From Candidatus Ozemobacteraceae bacterium (GTDB lineage Bacteria; Muiribacteriota; Ozemobacteria; Ozemobacterales; Ozemobacteraceae): a DNA stretch of 64,000 nt. The DNA lies in assembly GCA_965140445.1 (NCBI GenBank), contig OZ223236.1, positions 4,256,001-4,320,000 on the forward strand. The letters run 5' to 3'. A model generated the notes under the pieces. The model worked only from the letters and a program-made list of their open reading frames with translations. It was not told the origin of the DNA and made no database searches. Positions 1-10,668 of this stretch are shown here, piece after piece; within the stretch, counting starts at the first letter, position 1; each line of letters begins with the position of its first letter. Made by a program: the position numbers and the translations under genes.

Positions 1-2
1 TG

Positions 3-578
3 GGGCTAATTATTTCAGGCTATTTCCTGTTTGTAAGAAAAATTCTCCCTGAATTATCAGGAATGGCGGAAAAAGCGAATGAAATGCCAGCCAACGATCT
101 TCCAAAGCAAGCCCAAACATCCAGCAAATCTTTTGATCAGTTTATACCAGAAGATGAAGCTGAATTAATCAGGCTTTACTTTGTAAAACCAGGCAAAGAT
201 TCTCTAAGCTATGAAGCCAGGAAAATTCGCAAAACCAGTATGCTTCAACTAGCAGAGAAAATAGTTGAAGGTCTGATCTCTGGACCAGAGTTACCTGGAT
301 TAATCTCATGCCTGCCTAAAGGAACTAAGCTTAGAGGGGTCTTTTTTGATAAAGGAACCTTTATCGTTGATCTTAGTAAAGAATTTAAGCAAAATCAGAT
401 TGGCGGGGCTGTAGAAGAAATCCTTTCAGTTTATGCAATTGTAAATTCAATTACTGAACTAGATCCTAAATCCAAAGTAAAAATTCTTATTAATGGAAAT
501 GAAGTAAAAACAGCGGGAGAACATGTTGATTTATCCCAGCCGCTTACCAGATTGGAAGAAATAATCTCAATGCAATAA
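3..578 (+). CDS. GerMN domain membrane-anchored protein (5'-partial)
   Basis: Frame is open from the window edge (GLIISGYFLF hydrophobic segment before the ORF-track Met). GerMN-like motifs LYF...L..E.R, P.GTKLRGV, VDLSKEF, AIVNSITE, VKILING. Confidence 0.8.
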   Translation, partial: GLIISGYFLFVRKILPELSGMAEKANEMPANDLPKQAQTSSKSFDQFIPEDEAELIRLYFVKPGKDSLSYEARKIRKTSMLQLAEKIVEGLISGPELPGLISCLPKGTKLRGVFFDKGTFIVDLSKEFKQNQIGGAVEEILSVYAIVNSITELDPKSKVKILINGNEVKTAGEHVDLSQPLTRLEEIISMQ

Positions 579-600
579 AAAAAGCAATAAGCTGAAATAG

Positions 601-643
601 AAAAAAGCGACTCACCATAAATTTTGGTAGAGCCGCTTTTTTT
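601..643. terminator. Probable bidirectional intrinsic terminator
   Basis: A6-GCGACTCACCA...TGGTAGAGCCGC-T7 hairpin between convergent genes. Confidence 0.7.
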
Positions 644-669
644 ATTACTTAGTTAAACTATATTAGGTT

Positions 670-1029
670 TTATCCACCCCAAGTTGCAGAAGCACACTTG
701 TGAACTGAGCAGTAAAATTTCACTCCGCTTGGAAGTCCTTCTTCGGTGCCTGGTACAATCTGATATTCACCATGACTAGGGCAAACAGGAATTCTTTGAT
801 GCTGTAAATATGGTTTCAAATCTTCAAGACTCTTTGGGGTGCCTTTTTGCTCTATGTTGTATAGCTCAGCAGTCCTTGTCAAAAGCGAAGAGTACTCCCA
901 GCATTTGCTTTGCCTTGCCCTATTGCGAACAGCAGAAAAATGCGGCATGGCAATCGCCGCTAAAATACCAATAATGGCAACAACAATCATCAATTCAATT
1001 AAAGTGAAACCTTGTTTTTGTTTTTTCAT
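670..1029 (-). CDS. Type IV pilin/pseudopilin with N-methylphenylalanine motif
   Basis: [25 protein letters not shown] prepilin motif; C-terminal CP..GEY...C.VH. Confidence 0.9.
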   Translation of the reverse strand: MKKQKQGFTLIELMIVVAIIGILAAIAMPHFSAVRNRARQSKCWEYSSLLTRTAELYNIEQKGTPKSLEDLKPYLQHQRIPVCPSHGEYQIVPGTEEGLPSGVKFYCSVHKCASATWGG

Positions 1030-1143
1030 AACTTTTACTCAAATTGATTATACCGCGAGTAGAAATATTTTGCAAATCAATTCTCTTTCCTTTATTATGT
1101 ATTTTGTATCGTACAAAACCCATGAAGGAACTATATTAGGCGC

Positions 1144-2049
1144 ATGTTAAAAAAAACGTTATTACTGGCATTTGCTGTAGCCATAACCTTTGCTACAGGT
1201 TGTGTTCCTGACAACTATGCTTTTGACAGGGAAACCTGTAAAACTGGCTCAGGAAAAGGTGAAATCCTTAGCGCAACAGATATGGAACTTAATCGTGACG
1301 GAAATATCGTTATTGCCGACGCCGGAAACTCTAGATTTCAAGTATTGAAAACTGATGGAACTTTCCTGCTATCAGGGGGAGATAACGCCAGAAAAGGCTA
1401 TAAACTCTCAAGCGTTTCAGGTATTGGTGTAAACCCTATCACTGATGATATCTGGGTATGTGACCAGAAGGGTAACAAGGTTGTCAGATTTAGCCCGGAA
1501 GGTGAACCACTTTTAAAATTAACAGATAAAGTCAAATACCCCATGGACGTAACCATTGACCGAAATGGCAATGCGTTTGTGATAATGACGAAAAAACCTG
1601 AAATTTATAAGTATGATTCTTCAGGAAATTTTATAGAAAAAATAGGTGGTTCGGGAAAATCCGCACTGCTTTTCCCAACATCAATTTTGTTTGCAGATAA
1701 TCACCTTTATGTTACAGATTTTGGTGGAGCCAGGGTTTTAAAAATGACCACCAAAGGCGAGCTGGTTTCAGAATTTAAAAGCAAGGGTGAATATGAAGAT
1801 ATGCTTGGGCCATCTTCCATTCATGTAGACAAAGATGGAAATTTATATATCCTCGACCTTGGTGAAGTGCCAGTAGTTGTTTTAAAGGCTAATGGCGAAT
1901 TGATTTCAAAAATTGGTAGCTTTGGGAACGAAAAAGGAAAATTCCTTTATCCTCGTGGAATCTTAGCTCTGCCTAACGAAGAAATTCTCGTCCTTGATAA
2001 TAGCCGCAATTGCATTTTGACCTTTAAGAGAAAACCAGAAAACAAATAA
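1144..2049 (+). CDS. NHL-repeat beta-propeller lipoprotein
   Basis: Lipobox-like FATGC; repeated P.DV.ID..GN.Y..D..N.R motifs. Confidence 0.8.
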   Translation: MLKKTLLLAFAVAITFATGCVPDNYAFDRETCKTGSGKGEILSATDMELNRDGNIVIADAGNSRFQVLKTDGTFLLSGGDNARKGYKLSSVSGIGVNPITDDIWVCDQKGNKVVRFSPEGEPLLKLTDKVKYPMDVTIDRNGNAFVIMTKKPEIYKYDSSGNFIEKIGGSGKSALLFPTSILFADNHLYVTDFGGARVLKMTTKGELVSEFKSKGEYEDMLGPSSIHVDKDGNLYILDLGEVPVVVLKANGELISKIGSFGNEKGKFLYPRGILALPNEEILVLDNSRNCILTFKRKPENK

Positions 2050-2071
2050 ACAATTTTAGTAGGGAAACGCC

Positions 2072-3118
2072 ATGAAAATCTTCAAATATATGATTTACAT
2101 GGCGTTTTTTTCTTTTCTTTGCGGATGTGGATTTGTCGCTGGTGGCTACATGTGGTTCCAGGAGCAATCCAAATCTCCAGAGGGAAGTCAAAATTGTACA
2201 ATCCAAATTGCCCAGGGATCAAATACTCGGCAAATAGGCTACCTTTTAAAACAAAAAAGAATAATTAGAAGTGCGCTTCTGTTCAGGTTTTATATCCGAC
2301 TTCTTGCAGTGGACAATATTTTAAAACCCGGAACTTATAATTTTTCTTCATCAGACAGCTTGGATCAAGTTATACAAAAGCTATTAAAGGGAACTTCGGC
2401 AACGATTACCGTTACGATTCCTGAAGGCAAAACAAATAAAGAGATTGCAACAATACTCGAAAATGCCGGAATTTGCAGTGCCGTTGACTTTCTTGAATCG
2501 GTTTCTGATCCTCAGCTATTAGGTGAGGTATTCAAGGATTGGCCCTTAATTCCTGCAGCTGAAGGCTTGGCTTTTCCAGAAACTTACCAGTTTAATCAGC
2601 ATACAACAGCCTCTGTTGTTGCCAAAAAAATGCTGAAACTTTCTAATCATCAGATCTCTCAAATTTTTAGTTCGGAGCTTCCCAATGGGCTTACTCCCTA
2701 TGAAGGTTGCATACTGGCATCAATAGTGGAACGAGAAGCAGCTCTGGGTGCAGATAGACCCGTCATCGCATCGGTATTCCTTAACAGATTAAAAAAAGGA
2801 ATTAAACTTGAATCTTGTGCAACAGTTCAGTATGCTTTACCCCAATGGAAAGACAGATTGCTATTTGAAGATCTCAAAATAGATTCACCATACAACACAT
2901 ACATAAATCCAGGGCTTCCCCCCACCCCAATTTCAAATTTTGGAAGAAAATCCTTACTCGCTGTAGCTAATCCTGAACAAACTGATTACCTATACTTTGT
3001 ATCTGATGGCAATCGGGGTCACGTTTTTTCCAAGACTTTGAGAGAGCACAACCGCTCTAAGAAAGAATTCTTTAAAAATCGCAGAAACAGTAGGAAAAGA
3101 AATGAAAAATCCAATTAA
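2072..3118 (+). CDS. mltG: Endolytic transglycosylase MltG (YceG)
   Basis: N-terminal TM; TIPEG, EGLAFPETY, LASIVERE (catalytic Glu), SPYNTY..PGLPPTPISN, YLYFV. Confidence 0.93.
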   Translation: MKIFKYMIYMAFFSFLCGCGFVAGGYMWFQEQSKSPEGSQNCTIQIAQGSNTRQIGYLLKQKRIIRSALLFRFYIRLLAVDNILKPGTYNFSSSDSLDQVIQKLLKGTSATITVTIPEGKTNKEIATILENAGICSAVDFLESVSDPQLLGEVFKDWPLIPAAEGLAFPETYQFNQHTTASVVAKKMLKLSNHQISQIFSSELPNGLTPYEGCILASIVEREAALGADRPVIASVFLNRLKKGIKLESCATVQYALPQWKDRLLFEDLKIDSPYNTYINPGLPPTPISNFGRKSLLAVANPEQTDYLYFVSDGNRGHVFSKTLREHNRSKKEFFKNRRNSRKRNEKSN

Positions 3119-3926
3119 ACCTATTTTACTGATATTAGTTCTTGTTTTAATTTCAAATACAGCTTTCTCTCAGCTTCATGAAAACAGGATAGTATCTCTT
3201 GTACCTTCAAATACAGAGCTTTTATTTGCAATGGGTTTTGGCAAACAAATTGTTGGAGTAACCGACTACTGTAATTTCCCGGAAGAAGCAAACGCAATCC
3301 CCAAGATAGGTGGCTTAGAGCTAAACATAGAAAAGTTATTATCCTTAAAACCAACCGCTCTAATTGACCTTAACTTTATGCACCGCCGCTACGAACTACT
3401 TTTTAGGCAACTTGGTTTAAACTACATAAGTGTAAATATAAAAAACCTTACAGATGTTCCCACAGCGGCTATTAAATTAGCAGAAATAATGGGAGAAAAG
3501 GCCAAAGGCGAAAAGTTCTCCAATGATTGGAATGTTAAATTAAGCTCTCTTAAACTAAACAAAATCAATTCAGAGGTTAAAGTATATTTTGAGATTTGGG
3601 ACACTCCAATGCAGGCTGCCGGCAACGCAAGCTTTATAGGGGAAATAATTTCCAGCGCTGGAGGAACAAACATAGTAGATTCCGCCACAGATTTCCCTGT
3701 AATAAATTCAGAAATGATTATAGAAAAAAACCCGGATATTATTTTTATTTCATATCCACTTACCGATACAACAAGCATAAGCAAAAGATCTGGTTGGAGC
3801 TTAATAGAAGCCGTTAAACGCAAAAGAATAATAACTCTAAATCAAGACGTATTTGTACGCCCAAGTCCAAGAAACCTTGAAGCAATTGAGATTTTAAACA
3901 AACATTTTAAAGCAATCAGGAAATGA
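3102..3926 (+). CDS. Cobalamin/iron-complex ABC transporter substrate-binding protein (BtuF-like)
   Basis: RIVSLVPSNTELLFAMG..IVGVTDYCNFP and RPSPR motifs; signal peptide. Confidence 0.85.
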   Translation: MKNPIKPILLILVLVLISNTAFSQLHENRIVSLVPSNTELLFAMGFGKQIVGVTDYCNFPEEANAIPKIGGLELNIEKLLSLKPTALIDLNFMHRRYELLFRQLGLNYISVNIKNLTDVPTAAIKLAEIMGEKAKGEKFSNDWNVKLSSLKLNKINSEVKVYFEIWDTPMQAAGNASFIGEIISSAGGTNIVDSATDFPVINSEMIIEKNPDIIFISYPLTDTTSISKRSGWSLIEAVKRKRIITLNQDVFVRPSPRNLEAIEILNKHFKAIRK

Positions 3927-4951
3927 AATCAGAAACACCCAAAATTTCTTCGGGAAATTTCAGTCTCGGGAAAACAATAGCAGGCGTTTTTTTACTTTTA
4001 ATAACGGTCCTTATTTGTTTGAGTATTGGGCCAGATGGCTCCGTCAAACTTTTAGATATTGAAAACATACAGAATCTGGTTAACGGAAACTGGGACTACG
4101 CAGCAACAATACTCTACAAAGTTCGTCTTCCCAGAATTTTTATGGGGATTATTGTCGGCGGCAGCCTTGCTGTGTCTGGGTTAGTTTTTCAAAACATACT
4201 CCAAAACCCGCTTGCAGACCCCTATCTGATTGGAGTTTCAGGTGGATGTGCCTTAGCGGCTGTATTTCTTCAGGTGTTAGGCTTCCATAACCCCTTTTCA
4301 ATTGCAATTGGTGCGTTTGTTGGCGGAATGCTTTCAATGCTTTTCGTTGAATTTATTGCTTCTCGAACCGGCCGAATTAATCGAAGCGTTTTAATCCTGG
4401 CGGGAGTAGTTTTAAATGCCTTCTTTTCTGCAATGATCTCACTACTTCTTATTCTTGCTGGAAGCGACATGGCGAGGATTTTCACCTGGCTTCTGGGAAG
4501 CTTAAATTTACCCGACACCACCCTACTATTTCCCACATCAATTATTGCAATAGTTTGTTTAACCTTTCTGTGGGTATTCAGCCATCAACTTGATATGGTT
4601 TCACTCGGGGATTTTCATTCTTACCACCTGGGTCTGAACCCTGAAAAAATAAAGTGGATCAGTATAATCTGCGCTTCAATTCTTACCTCAATCTCAGTTT
4701 CACTTGCAGGAATGATTGGTTTTGTGGGAATGTTTGTTCCACATACAATGAGGTTCATCTTTGGTTTCAGGCATAGCATTCTACTTCCGATGTGTTTTGT
4801 CGGAGGAGCAATATGTTTAATTGTTACCGACACAGTAGTGCGTGTCGCACCAACAGGCTCAGAATTGCCAGTTGGGGCTCTTACGGCGCTATTTGGAGGT
4901 CCATTTTTCCTTCTTCTTCTGGTTAAAAAATTCAGGAGTCTCAGATCTTGA
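3923..4951 (+). CDS. FecCD/BtuC-family ABC permease
   Basis: RLPR, GGSLAVSG..FQ.ILQNPLADPY..GVSGG, GMIGFVG..VPH, ELPVG..TALFGGPFF. Confidence 0.9.
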   Translation: MKSETPKISSGNFSLGKTIAGVFLLLITVLICLSIGPDGSVKLLDIENIQNLVNGNWDYAATILYKVRLPRIFMGIIVGGSLAVSGLVFQNILQNPLADPYLIGVSGGCALAAVFLQVLGFHNPFSIAIGAFVGGMLSMLFVEFIASRTGRINRSVLILAGVVLNAFFSAMISLLLILAGSDMARIFTWLLGSLNLPDTTLLFPTSIIAIVCLTFLWVFSHQLDMVSLGDFHSYHLGLNPEKIKWISIICASILTSISVSLAGMIGFVGMFVPHTMRFIFGFRHSILLPMCFVGGAICLIVTDTVVRVAPTGSELPVGALTALFGGPFFLLLLVKKFRSLRS

Positions 4952-5742
4952 AAAACGATTCAAAAATCCAGGAAAAATTGCAGGTTATCAACCTGTCCGT
5001 AGCTCATGGAGGCAAATCAATACTTCATGACATATCTTTTGATGCCAATCTTGGCGAGTTAGTTGGATTGATCGGAACAAATGGATGTGGCAAAACGACT
5101 CTTTTAAACTGCCTCACTAAATTCAACAACTCTTTTAAAGGAAAAATTTTCTGGCATGGACAAGACCTGGATGGCATGGAAACACATGAAATTTCAGCCT
5201 TAGTTACAATGTGTGGAGATATTCCATCGCCTTTTTATAATTGCAACGTTGGCGAAATGATTCTTTTTGGTCGAAGCAGACATGCGGGATTTTTTGGCAC
5301 CTATAGCAGGGAAGATGAGCGCATAGCTCTTGAGGCTGCGCAGCTTTTTGAGCTTGAACGCTACCTTAACAGCAGCTTTTTAAACCTAAGCCAGGGAGAA
5401 AAACAAAGGGTAAACCTGGCAATGAGTATTTGTTCAAAAACGAGTTGGTATTTGCTGGACGAGCCACTTTCTCATCTGGACCCATATTTTCAGAAAAAGC
5501 TATTTGTTTATCTAAAAAATTTGGTTAAAGAAAAAAAATGTGGAGTCTTATCAGTCGTTCACAACTTAAATCTTGCCAGCCATTTTGATAAAATAATTCT
5601 GATAAAAAATGGACTTGTCGCAAATCAGGGAACACCGGAAGAAGTTTTAACCACAGAAATACTTAATTCAACTTTTGGCGAAAACGTTTTTTCGGTAACC
5701 ACCGACAAGCAAGGTAAAAACTTTAACTTCCTTAATATTTAA
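4948..5742 (+). CDS. FecE/BtuD-family ABC ATPase
   Basis: Walker A GTNGCGKTT, signature LSQGEKQR, Walker B LLDEP, H-loop. Confidence 0.9.
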   Translation: MKNDSKIQEKLQVINLSVAHGGKSILHDISFDANLGELVGLIGTNGCGKTTLLNCLTKFNNSFKGKIFWHGQDLDGMETHEISALVTMCGDIPSPFYNCNVGEMILFGRSRHAGFFGTYSREDERIALEAAQLFELERYLNSSFLNLSQGEKQRVNLAMSICSKTSWYLLDEPLSHLDPYFQKKLFVYLKNLVKEKKCGVLSVVHNLNLASHFDKIILIKNGLVANQGTPEEVLTTEILNSTFGENVFSVTTDKQGKNFNFLNI

Positions 5743-5804
5743 CTGGGCTTTAAACGTTTTTGAAACCATGTTATCCTTCAACTATACCTAATTTGGGCGG
5801 GCCT

Positions 5805-7028
5805 ATGAAGACAAATCGATTCTTTATTTTTATTTTCGTTTTTATGATTTTTTCTTTTCCTCAAGTCAATGCCGAAGAAAAAGACAAGATAAACCCCGGC
5901 ACAAATAAAATGTGGGTTAGTCTTGATATTGCTTCTGATACAGCACTCTTTAAAATAAATCTCCCTAAGAACGGCCTGGTTTCAATTTTGTCTACAGTTC
6001 CTGGCAGAAAACAAATTGATCGATTATGGGGCCCAAGATATATGAACAAAGGAACTTATAAGCTTCCTATGCCAGCTGGAAGAGTAGTTAATCGCTCTGG
6101 TTTTGTTCAACTTTTTAATGTTTCTCTTAAGCCGGAAAAATGTGTAGGACAAAGAGGAAACGGCGAAAGACAGTTCAGCTCACCAATGGGAATTGATTTT
6201 GACCAATCGAGAAAAGAAATTCTTGTCGCAGACACAGGAAATGACAGAATAATAAGGCTTGCCGCAGATGGTAGATTTCTTAGTCGCTATGGCGGATTTG
6301 GCTTGTCTTTCGGTAACAAGGCTGACGAAGGAGAAGATAGCTTGGACGAGCCTTTCGACGTTTCTGCAGGCGGCTTTTCCAACTTTTATGTGTCAGATCA
6401 GAATAATGAAAGAATTTGTATTTTTGATTCTTATAAAAGCTACAAAGGTAACCTTTACCCATCCAGTTCAAATCGTCGAGATAGATTGGACAGGCCCAGG
6501 GGAATAAAAGTAGATTCCGAAAATAATATCTGGCTTGTGGATGGCAGAGCAGATCAAATTTTGAAAATTTCTCCAAACGGTGAAAAACTATTTGAACTCG
6601 GTGGATTTGGCTATAGTTCACAGAAACTTAAAGACCCAACTCAAATAGATATAGATTCTAATGGAGAAATTTATATAGCAGATAGAGGAAACGGTAGAAT
6701 TGCGATTTTTGATAGACTTGGTTCTTATTTAAAACAGATGAAAGACCATCTAAAATCTCCCACAGGTGTTGCGGTAGACGAAGACGGGCTTATATTTGTC
6801 TGCGACGAATCCACAGCCGAACTCGGTTTATACACGCCACGTGGCGTAAGATTAATGTATATTGGTGGCTATTCTGAAACAGAAAAATTCCGCAAACCAG
6901 TTGACCTTGCGGTTTCTTCAAAGCGCGTCTATATATTAGATTCCGGAAGAAACCAAATAGTTTTCTTTGATCGGCAAAAAACCTCTACCTCCGTCCCTTG
7001 GCAAGCTCAAGCAGGTATGCTAGAATAA
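5805..7028 (+). CDS. Exported NHL-repeat protein
   Basis: Signal peptide from MKTNRFF (ATG 5805); multiple NHL repeats (PMGID..VADTGNDRI, PRGIKVD, PTGVAVD). Confidence 0.8.
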   Translation: MKTNRFFIFIFVFMIFSFPQVNAEEKDKINPGTNKMWVSLDIASDTALFKINLPKNGLVSILSTVPGRKQIDRLWGPRYMNKGTYKLPMPAGRVVNRSGFVQLFNVSLKPEKCVGQRGNGERQFSSPMGIDFDQSRKEILVADTGNDRIIRLAADGRFLSRYGGFGLSFGNKADEGEDSLDEPFDVSAGGFSNFYVSDQNNERICIFDSYKSYKGNLYPSSSNRRDRLDRPRGIKVDSENNIWLVDGRADQILKISPNGEKLFELGGFGYSSQKLKDPTQIDIDSNGEIYIADRGNGRIAIFDRLGSYLKQMKDHLKSPTGVAVDEDGLIFVCDESTAELGLYTPRGVRLMYIGGYSETEKFRKPVDLAVSSKRVYILDSGRNQIVFFDRQKTSTSVPWQAQAGMLE

Positions 7029-7062
7029 CCAACCATCATAAATAGCATTCGGGAGACAAACC

Positions 7063-8037
7063 TTGAAAAACAACAAACTGAAAATAGGAATCTGTCTGTT
7101 TTTGGCTATAGCCCTGACTTTTTCCCTGTCTGGTTGCAAAAAGAAAAGAGATCGTCAGGTTAAATACAAACTTAAACTGACCGATTCTGCAAGAAATATT
7201 ACCCTGGCTCAACTTTTGCCAAAATCAAAAGACAGAAAAGGCAAGTTTAAAAATGAAGTAAATGAAGCAGTTAAAGATGAATACATGTATGGAACACTTG
7301 CTGGTCAATATGGAAAAGTCAAAACTGCTGAAAAGCATTTAAAGAATGCCATAAGAAAAGAGCCCCTATTTATTGATGCGCATCACAATCTTGGCCTTTC
7401 ATACTACAAACAGGGACGAATTGATGATGCTGTAAACGAATGGAAGAAAACTCTTGAGTTAGCTCCCGGATATGCAGAAACCTACTATAACCTCGCTATT
7501 TTTATGATGGATATGGGGCGAAAAGATGACTGCATAAAACTCCTGGAAACCTGTGTAAAACATGATCCATTCCACTTAAAAGCAAGATTTGCTTTGGGCA
7601 AAATAGCTCAAAAAGCAGGTAAAAACAAAGAAGCGATACGTCATTTCCGCTCATATCTCAACAGGGATAAAGGCGATCCTCGTGTGAGAATTGCTTTGGG
7701 CGAGTTATACCTTATAGAAGGACAAAACGACGCATCATTAAAGGAATTTGAAGCTGCAGCCAGAATTGATGATAAAAACCCAAAAGTTCATTATCAGTTA
7801 GGTGTTGCCTATCATCGAAGAAACCTTCTTGACCATGCAGTTCTTAACTACAAGAGAACCACAGAATTGGCTCCAGACAGCGTTGACGCGTATATCAACC
7901 TAGGTGACATTTATACCTACAGAAAAGAATATGCCTCTGCTCTCGCGGCTTATAATGCGGCTTTAGGAATTGATCCAACCAACTCTTATGCTTCAAGAAA
8001 AGCTAAGGAAGTTGAGTTGAAATTGCTGGATAAATAG
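7063..8037 (+). CDS. TPR-repeat lipoprotein
   Basis: Lipobox LSGC; repeated A..NLG..Y...G..D.A TPR units. Confidence 0.85.
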   Translation: MKNNKLKIGICLFLAIALTFSLSGCKKKRDRQVKYKLKLTDSARNITLAQLLPKSKDRKGKFKNEVNEAVKDEYMYGTLAGQYGKVKTAEKHLKNAIRKEPLFIDAHHNLGLSYYKQGRIDDAVNEWKKTLELAPGYAETYYNLAIFMMDMGRKDDCIKLLETCVKHDPFHLKARFALGKIAQKAGKNKEAIRHFRSYLNRDKGDPRVRIALGELYLIEGQNDASLKEFEAAARIDDKNPKVHYQLGVAYHRRNLLDHAVLNYKRTTELAPDSVDAYINLGDIYTYRKEYASALAAYNAALGIDPTNSYASRKAKEVELKLLDK

Positions 8038-8038
8038 T

Positions 8039-8299
8039 TTGAACCAAAAACCTTTGTTTCCATCGAAACCTGGTAGCCATTCTCGCGACTCACACCGTGA
8101 TCGCGCAAGAAATGCTCTTTTGGCTGCCAGATTAAACCTCCCTGAATCTGAGGCTGGACAACTTGTCCGAGATTTCACCGTTGACGTCTCAAGCATCCTT
8201 GGAATTCCACAATCAGCAATCGATATCTCTACTGAATTTTCGGGCAGAGAGCTTGATTTGCTATTTACAATTAACAGGCAAAACACACCAAAAAAATGA
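8039..8299 (+). CDS. Small hypothetical protein
   Basis: Fills the gap exactly and overlaps the next start (ATGA); no recognisable motif. Confidence 0.45.
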   Translation: MNQKPLFPSKPGSHSRDSHRDRARNALLAARLNLPESEAGQLVRDFTVDVSSILGIPQSAIDISTEFSGRELDLLFTINRQNTPKK

Positions 8300-10002
8300 C
8301 AAATATCAAAGAAAAAATAAGCCATTGGGAACTCCTGGACATAGAAAAACCCGCCAGATATCTGGGAGGAGAAGTAAATCAAGCTTCGCCTAAGCCAGAT
8401 CATGACATAAAAGTATGTTTAGGTTTTCCAGATCTTTATGAACTTGGAATGTCCAATCTTGCCATAAAGATACTATACTCAATATTAGACAGTGACAAAA
8501 GAGTGCAGGTAGAAAGAGTTTTTTCTCCATGGGTTGATTTTGAAGACCTTCTGCAAAAAAAGGATCTACCTCTTTATTCGCTCGAATCCGGAACTCCTCT
8601 GAATGAATTTGATCTACTGGCCATCACTCTTCCTTATGAAATGACTTTTACCAATGTTATTCATATGCTTGACCTTGGAAAAGTGCCTCTGGAATGGAAA
8701 AACAGAGAAACAGGCCCAATAGTTGTTTCCGGAGGGCCATCTGCTTCAAATCCTCTTCCTGTATCAAAATTTATGGACGCAGTTCTAATAGGCGATGGAG
8801 AAGAAGCAATTAAAGAAATCGCCGAGGTGGTTATTGAGGGCCGCAAAGCTTCAGCAACTAATTCGGAAATTAGAAAAAAACTAAGTCAAATCGAGGGTGT
8901 TTGGGTTCCTCAATTTCCTGGACCAGTGAAAAAACGAGTTTTAAAGGATTTTAAAAGTTTTCCACCTCCACTTAATCCAATAATTCCTAATGTCCAAGCG
9001 ATTCATGACCGCGCTCCAATTGAAATATTCCGTGGTTGTGTTCAGGGATGCAGATTCTGTAATGCTGGTTTCTTTTACAGGCCGAAACGAGAAAGACCTG
9101 TAGATGAGCTTGTGAACTGGAGTAAAGAACTTTTAAAGAACACAGGTGAGGAGTCATTAGGCTTACTTTCCCTCTCTACATCAGATTACTGCAACTTGAC
9201 CGAACTTATTCTCCGACTTGATACTGAAAAGGTATTCCCAGAGCAAACCGTTTCTATTCCGTCTATGAGAATGAATGAAAATACGATTCGCTTACTTGAT
9301 TCAACCTCCAATGTGAAAAAAGGTGGCTTAACTTTCGCTCCTGAAGCTGGAACCCAAAAGTTAAGAGACATTATCCATAAAAATATCACCGAAGAAGATA
9401 TTATGAAGGTAATTCAAGCTACTGCTGGTTCTGTTTACAGGACTCTCAAACTATATTTTATGATGGGATTACCATTTGAAACCGAAGAAGATGTGCTTGG
9501 CATTGCAGAATTGGTTTCCAGAATTGAGGGCATGTCTAAAAAATATAAGCCCAAAAAGCAGATAACCATAAGCCTTTCAGGATTTGTTCCAAAACCTTTT
9601 ACACCATTCCAGTGGTCGGCGCAAAACTCAATGGAAGAATTTAAAGAAAAAAGGCAGATGGTTAGAAGAGCTTTATCTGATAACAAAGTAAAGGTTTCTT
9701 GGCGCGAAGAGTATTTGTGCATGCTTGAAGGCGTTTTATCCCGTGGGGATGAAAAAATTTCTGATCTGCTGCTTACCGCCCATAGACTCGGATGTAAGTT
9801 TGACGGCTGGAATGAACTTTTCAAAAGAGATTTATGGGATCAAGCTTTTGCTGAAAATGGTATAGATCCAGCTGATTACCTATGCGAACGCCCCATAAAC
9901 AGTGAACTACCATGGGACTTTATCGACTACGGAACACCTAGAAGCTTCTTGGAAAGTGAATATAGAGACGCAGCAAAAATAGCGGGGATACCAATAGAAT
10001 GA
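8296..10002 (+). CDS. TIGR03960-type B12-binding radical SAM protein
   Basis: EKPARYLGGE.N, FPDLYELGMSNL, CxxxCxxC (RGCVQGCRFC), TFAPEAGT, FVPKPFTPFQW. Confidence 0.88.
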   Translation: MTNIKEKISHWELLDIEKPARYLGGEVNQASPKPDHDIKVCLGFPDLYELGMSNLAIKILYSILDSDKRVQVERVFSPWVDFEDLLQKKDLPLYSLESGTPLNEFDLLAITLPYEMTFTNVIHMLDLGKVPLEWKNRETGPIVVSGGPSASNPLPVSKFMDAVLIGDGEEAIKEIAEVVIEGRKASATNSEIRKKLSQIEGVWVPQFPGPVKKRVLKDFKSFPPPLNPIIPNVQAIHDRAPIEIFRGCVQGCRFCNAGFFYRPKRERPVDELVNWSKELLKNTGEESLGLLSLSTSDYCNLTELILRLDTEKVFPEQTVSIPSMRMNENTIRLLDSTSNVKKGGLTFAPEAGTQKLRDIIHKNITEEDIMKVIQATAGSVYRTLKLYFMMGLPFETEEDVLGIAELVSRIEGMSKKYKPKKQITISLSGFVPKPFTPFQWSAQNSMEEFKEKRQMVRRALSDNKVKVSWREEYLCMLEGVLSRGDEKISDLLLTAHRLGCKFDGWNELFKRDLWDQAFAENGIDPADYLCERPINSELPWDFIDYGTPRSFLESEYRDAAKIAGIPIE

Positions 10003-10658
10003 ACCAGGAACAAATACATTTATTGAAAGTTGTTTATTCAAAAACCGGGCCTTCGAGATATGTTGCTCATCTTGATACAATCGGCATTTTAAGCAAAGCT
10101 ATCAGACGTTTGAACCTTGCGTATGATGTAACTAAAGGGTGCCATATGCGCCCGAAAATAACCTTTGCTCCTCCCTTACCGCTGGGGCATGCCAGTTATT
10201 GTGAGTATTTTATATTATCGTTGACGGAGATTCCGGATTTAGATGGCTTAAAGGAACTTTTATCCGCAAACATGCCTTCAGGAATGGATGCATTAAGCAT
10301 TGAGATTCTTCCTGATAAGCCACCAACATCCCATAACATTGAGAAGCTTGATTACAAATTAACTTTTCTTGATAAGGCTGTTATGGATAAAGCCCAGTTA
10401 TTTTTAACAAGTGAGAATTCCAGCTTTAAAACGATAAGTAAGAAAAAAACCAGAGAGTATTTTGTTAAAGAAGCAATTATAAGCTCTGTTCCCAAAGAGA
10501 TTGATGGCAAATTTGTCATCGAAGCTGAATTTGTTCAGGGAAAACCTAACGTCCCTTCCGTGTCAAAAATAGTTTCTGCCCTTGCAGATTACTTGAAAGA
10601 CGAAAAGCACTCGTTAATTTTAATTGAGCGCTTAAAAATTGAAGAATTAACACAATAG
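9999..10658 (+). CDS. TIGR03936-type radical SAM-linked protein (DUF2344)
   Basis: YSKTG..RYVAHLD....KAIRR, PKITFAPPLPLG.AS..EY; typical position after TIGR03960. Confidence 0.85.
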   Translation: MNQEQIHLLKVVYSKTGPSRYVAHLDTIGILSKAIRRLNLAYDVTKGCHMRPKITFAPPLPLGHASYCEYFILSLTEIPDLDGLKELLSANMPSGMDALSIEILPDKPPTSHNIEKLDYKLTFLDKAVMDKAQLFLTSENSSFKTISKKKTREYFVKEAIISSVPKEIDGKFVIEAEFVQGKPNVPSVSKIVSALADYLKDEKHSLILIERLKIEELTQ

Positions 10659-10668
10659 GAGTTTTTCC

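Noticed and set aside
3000..3101. Cobalamin riboswitch before the BtuF-like gene
   Set aside because: The gene overlaps mltG, leaving no leader.
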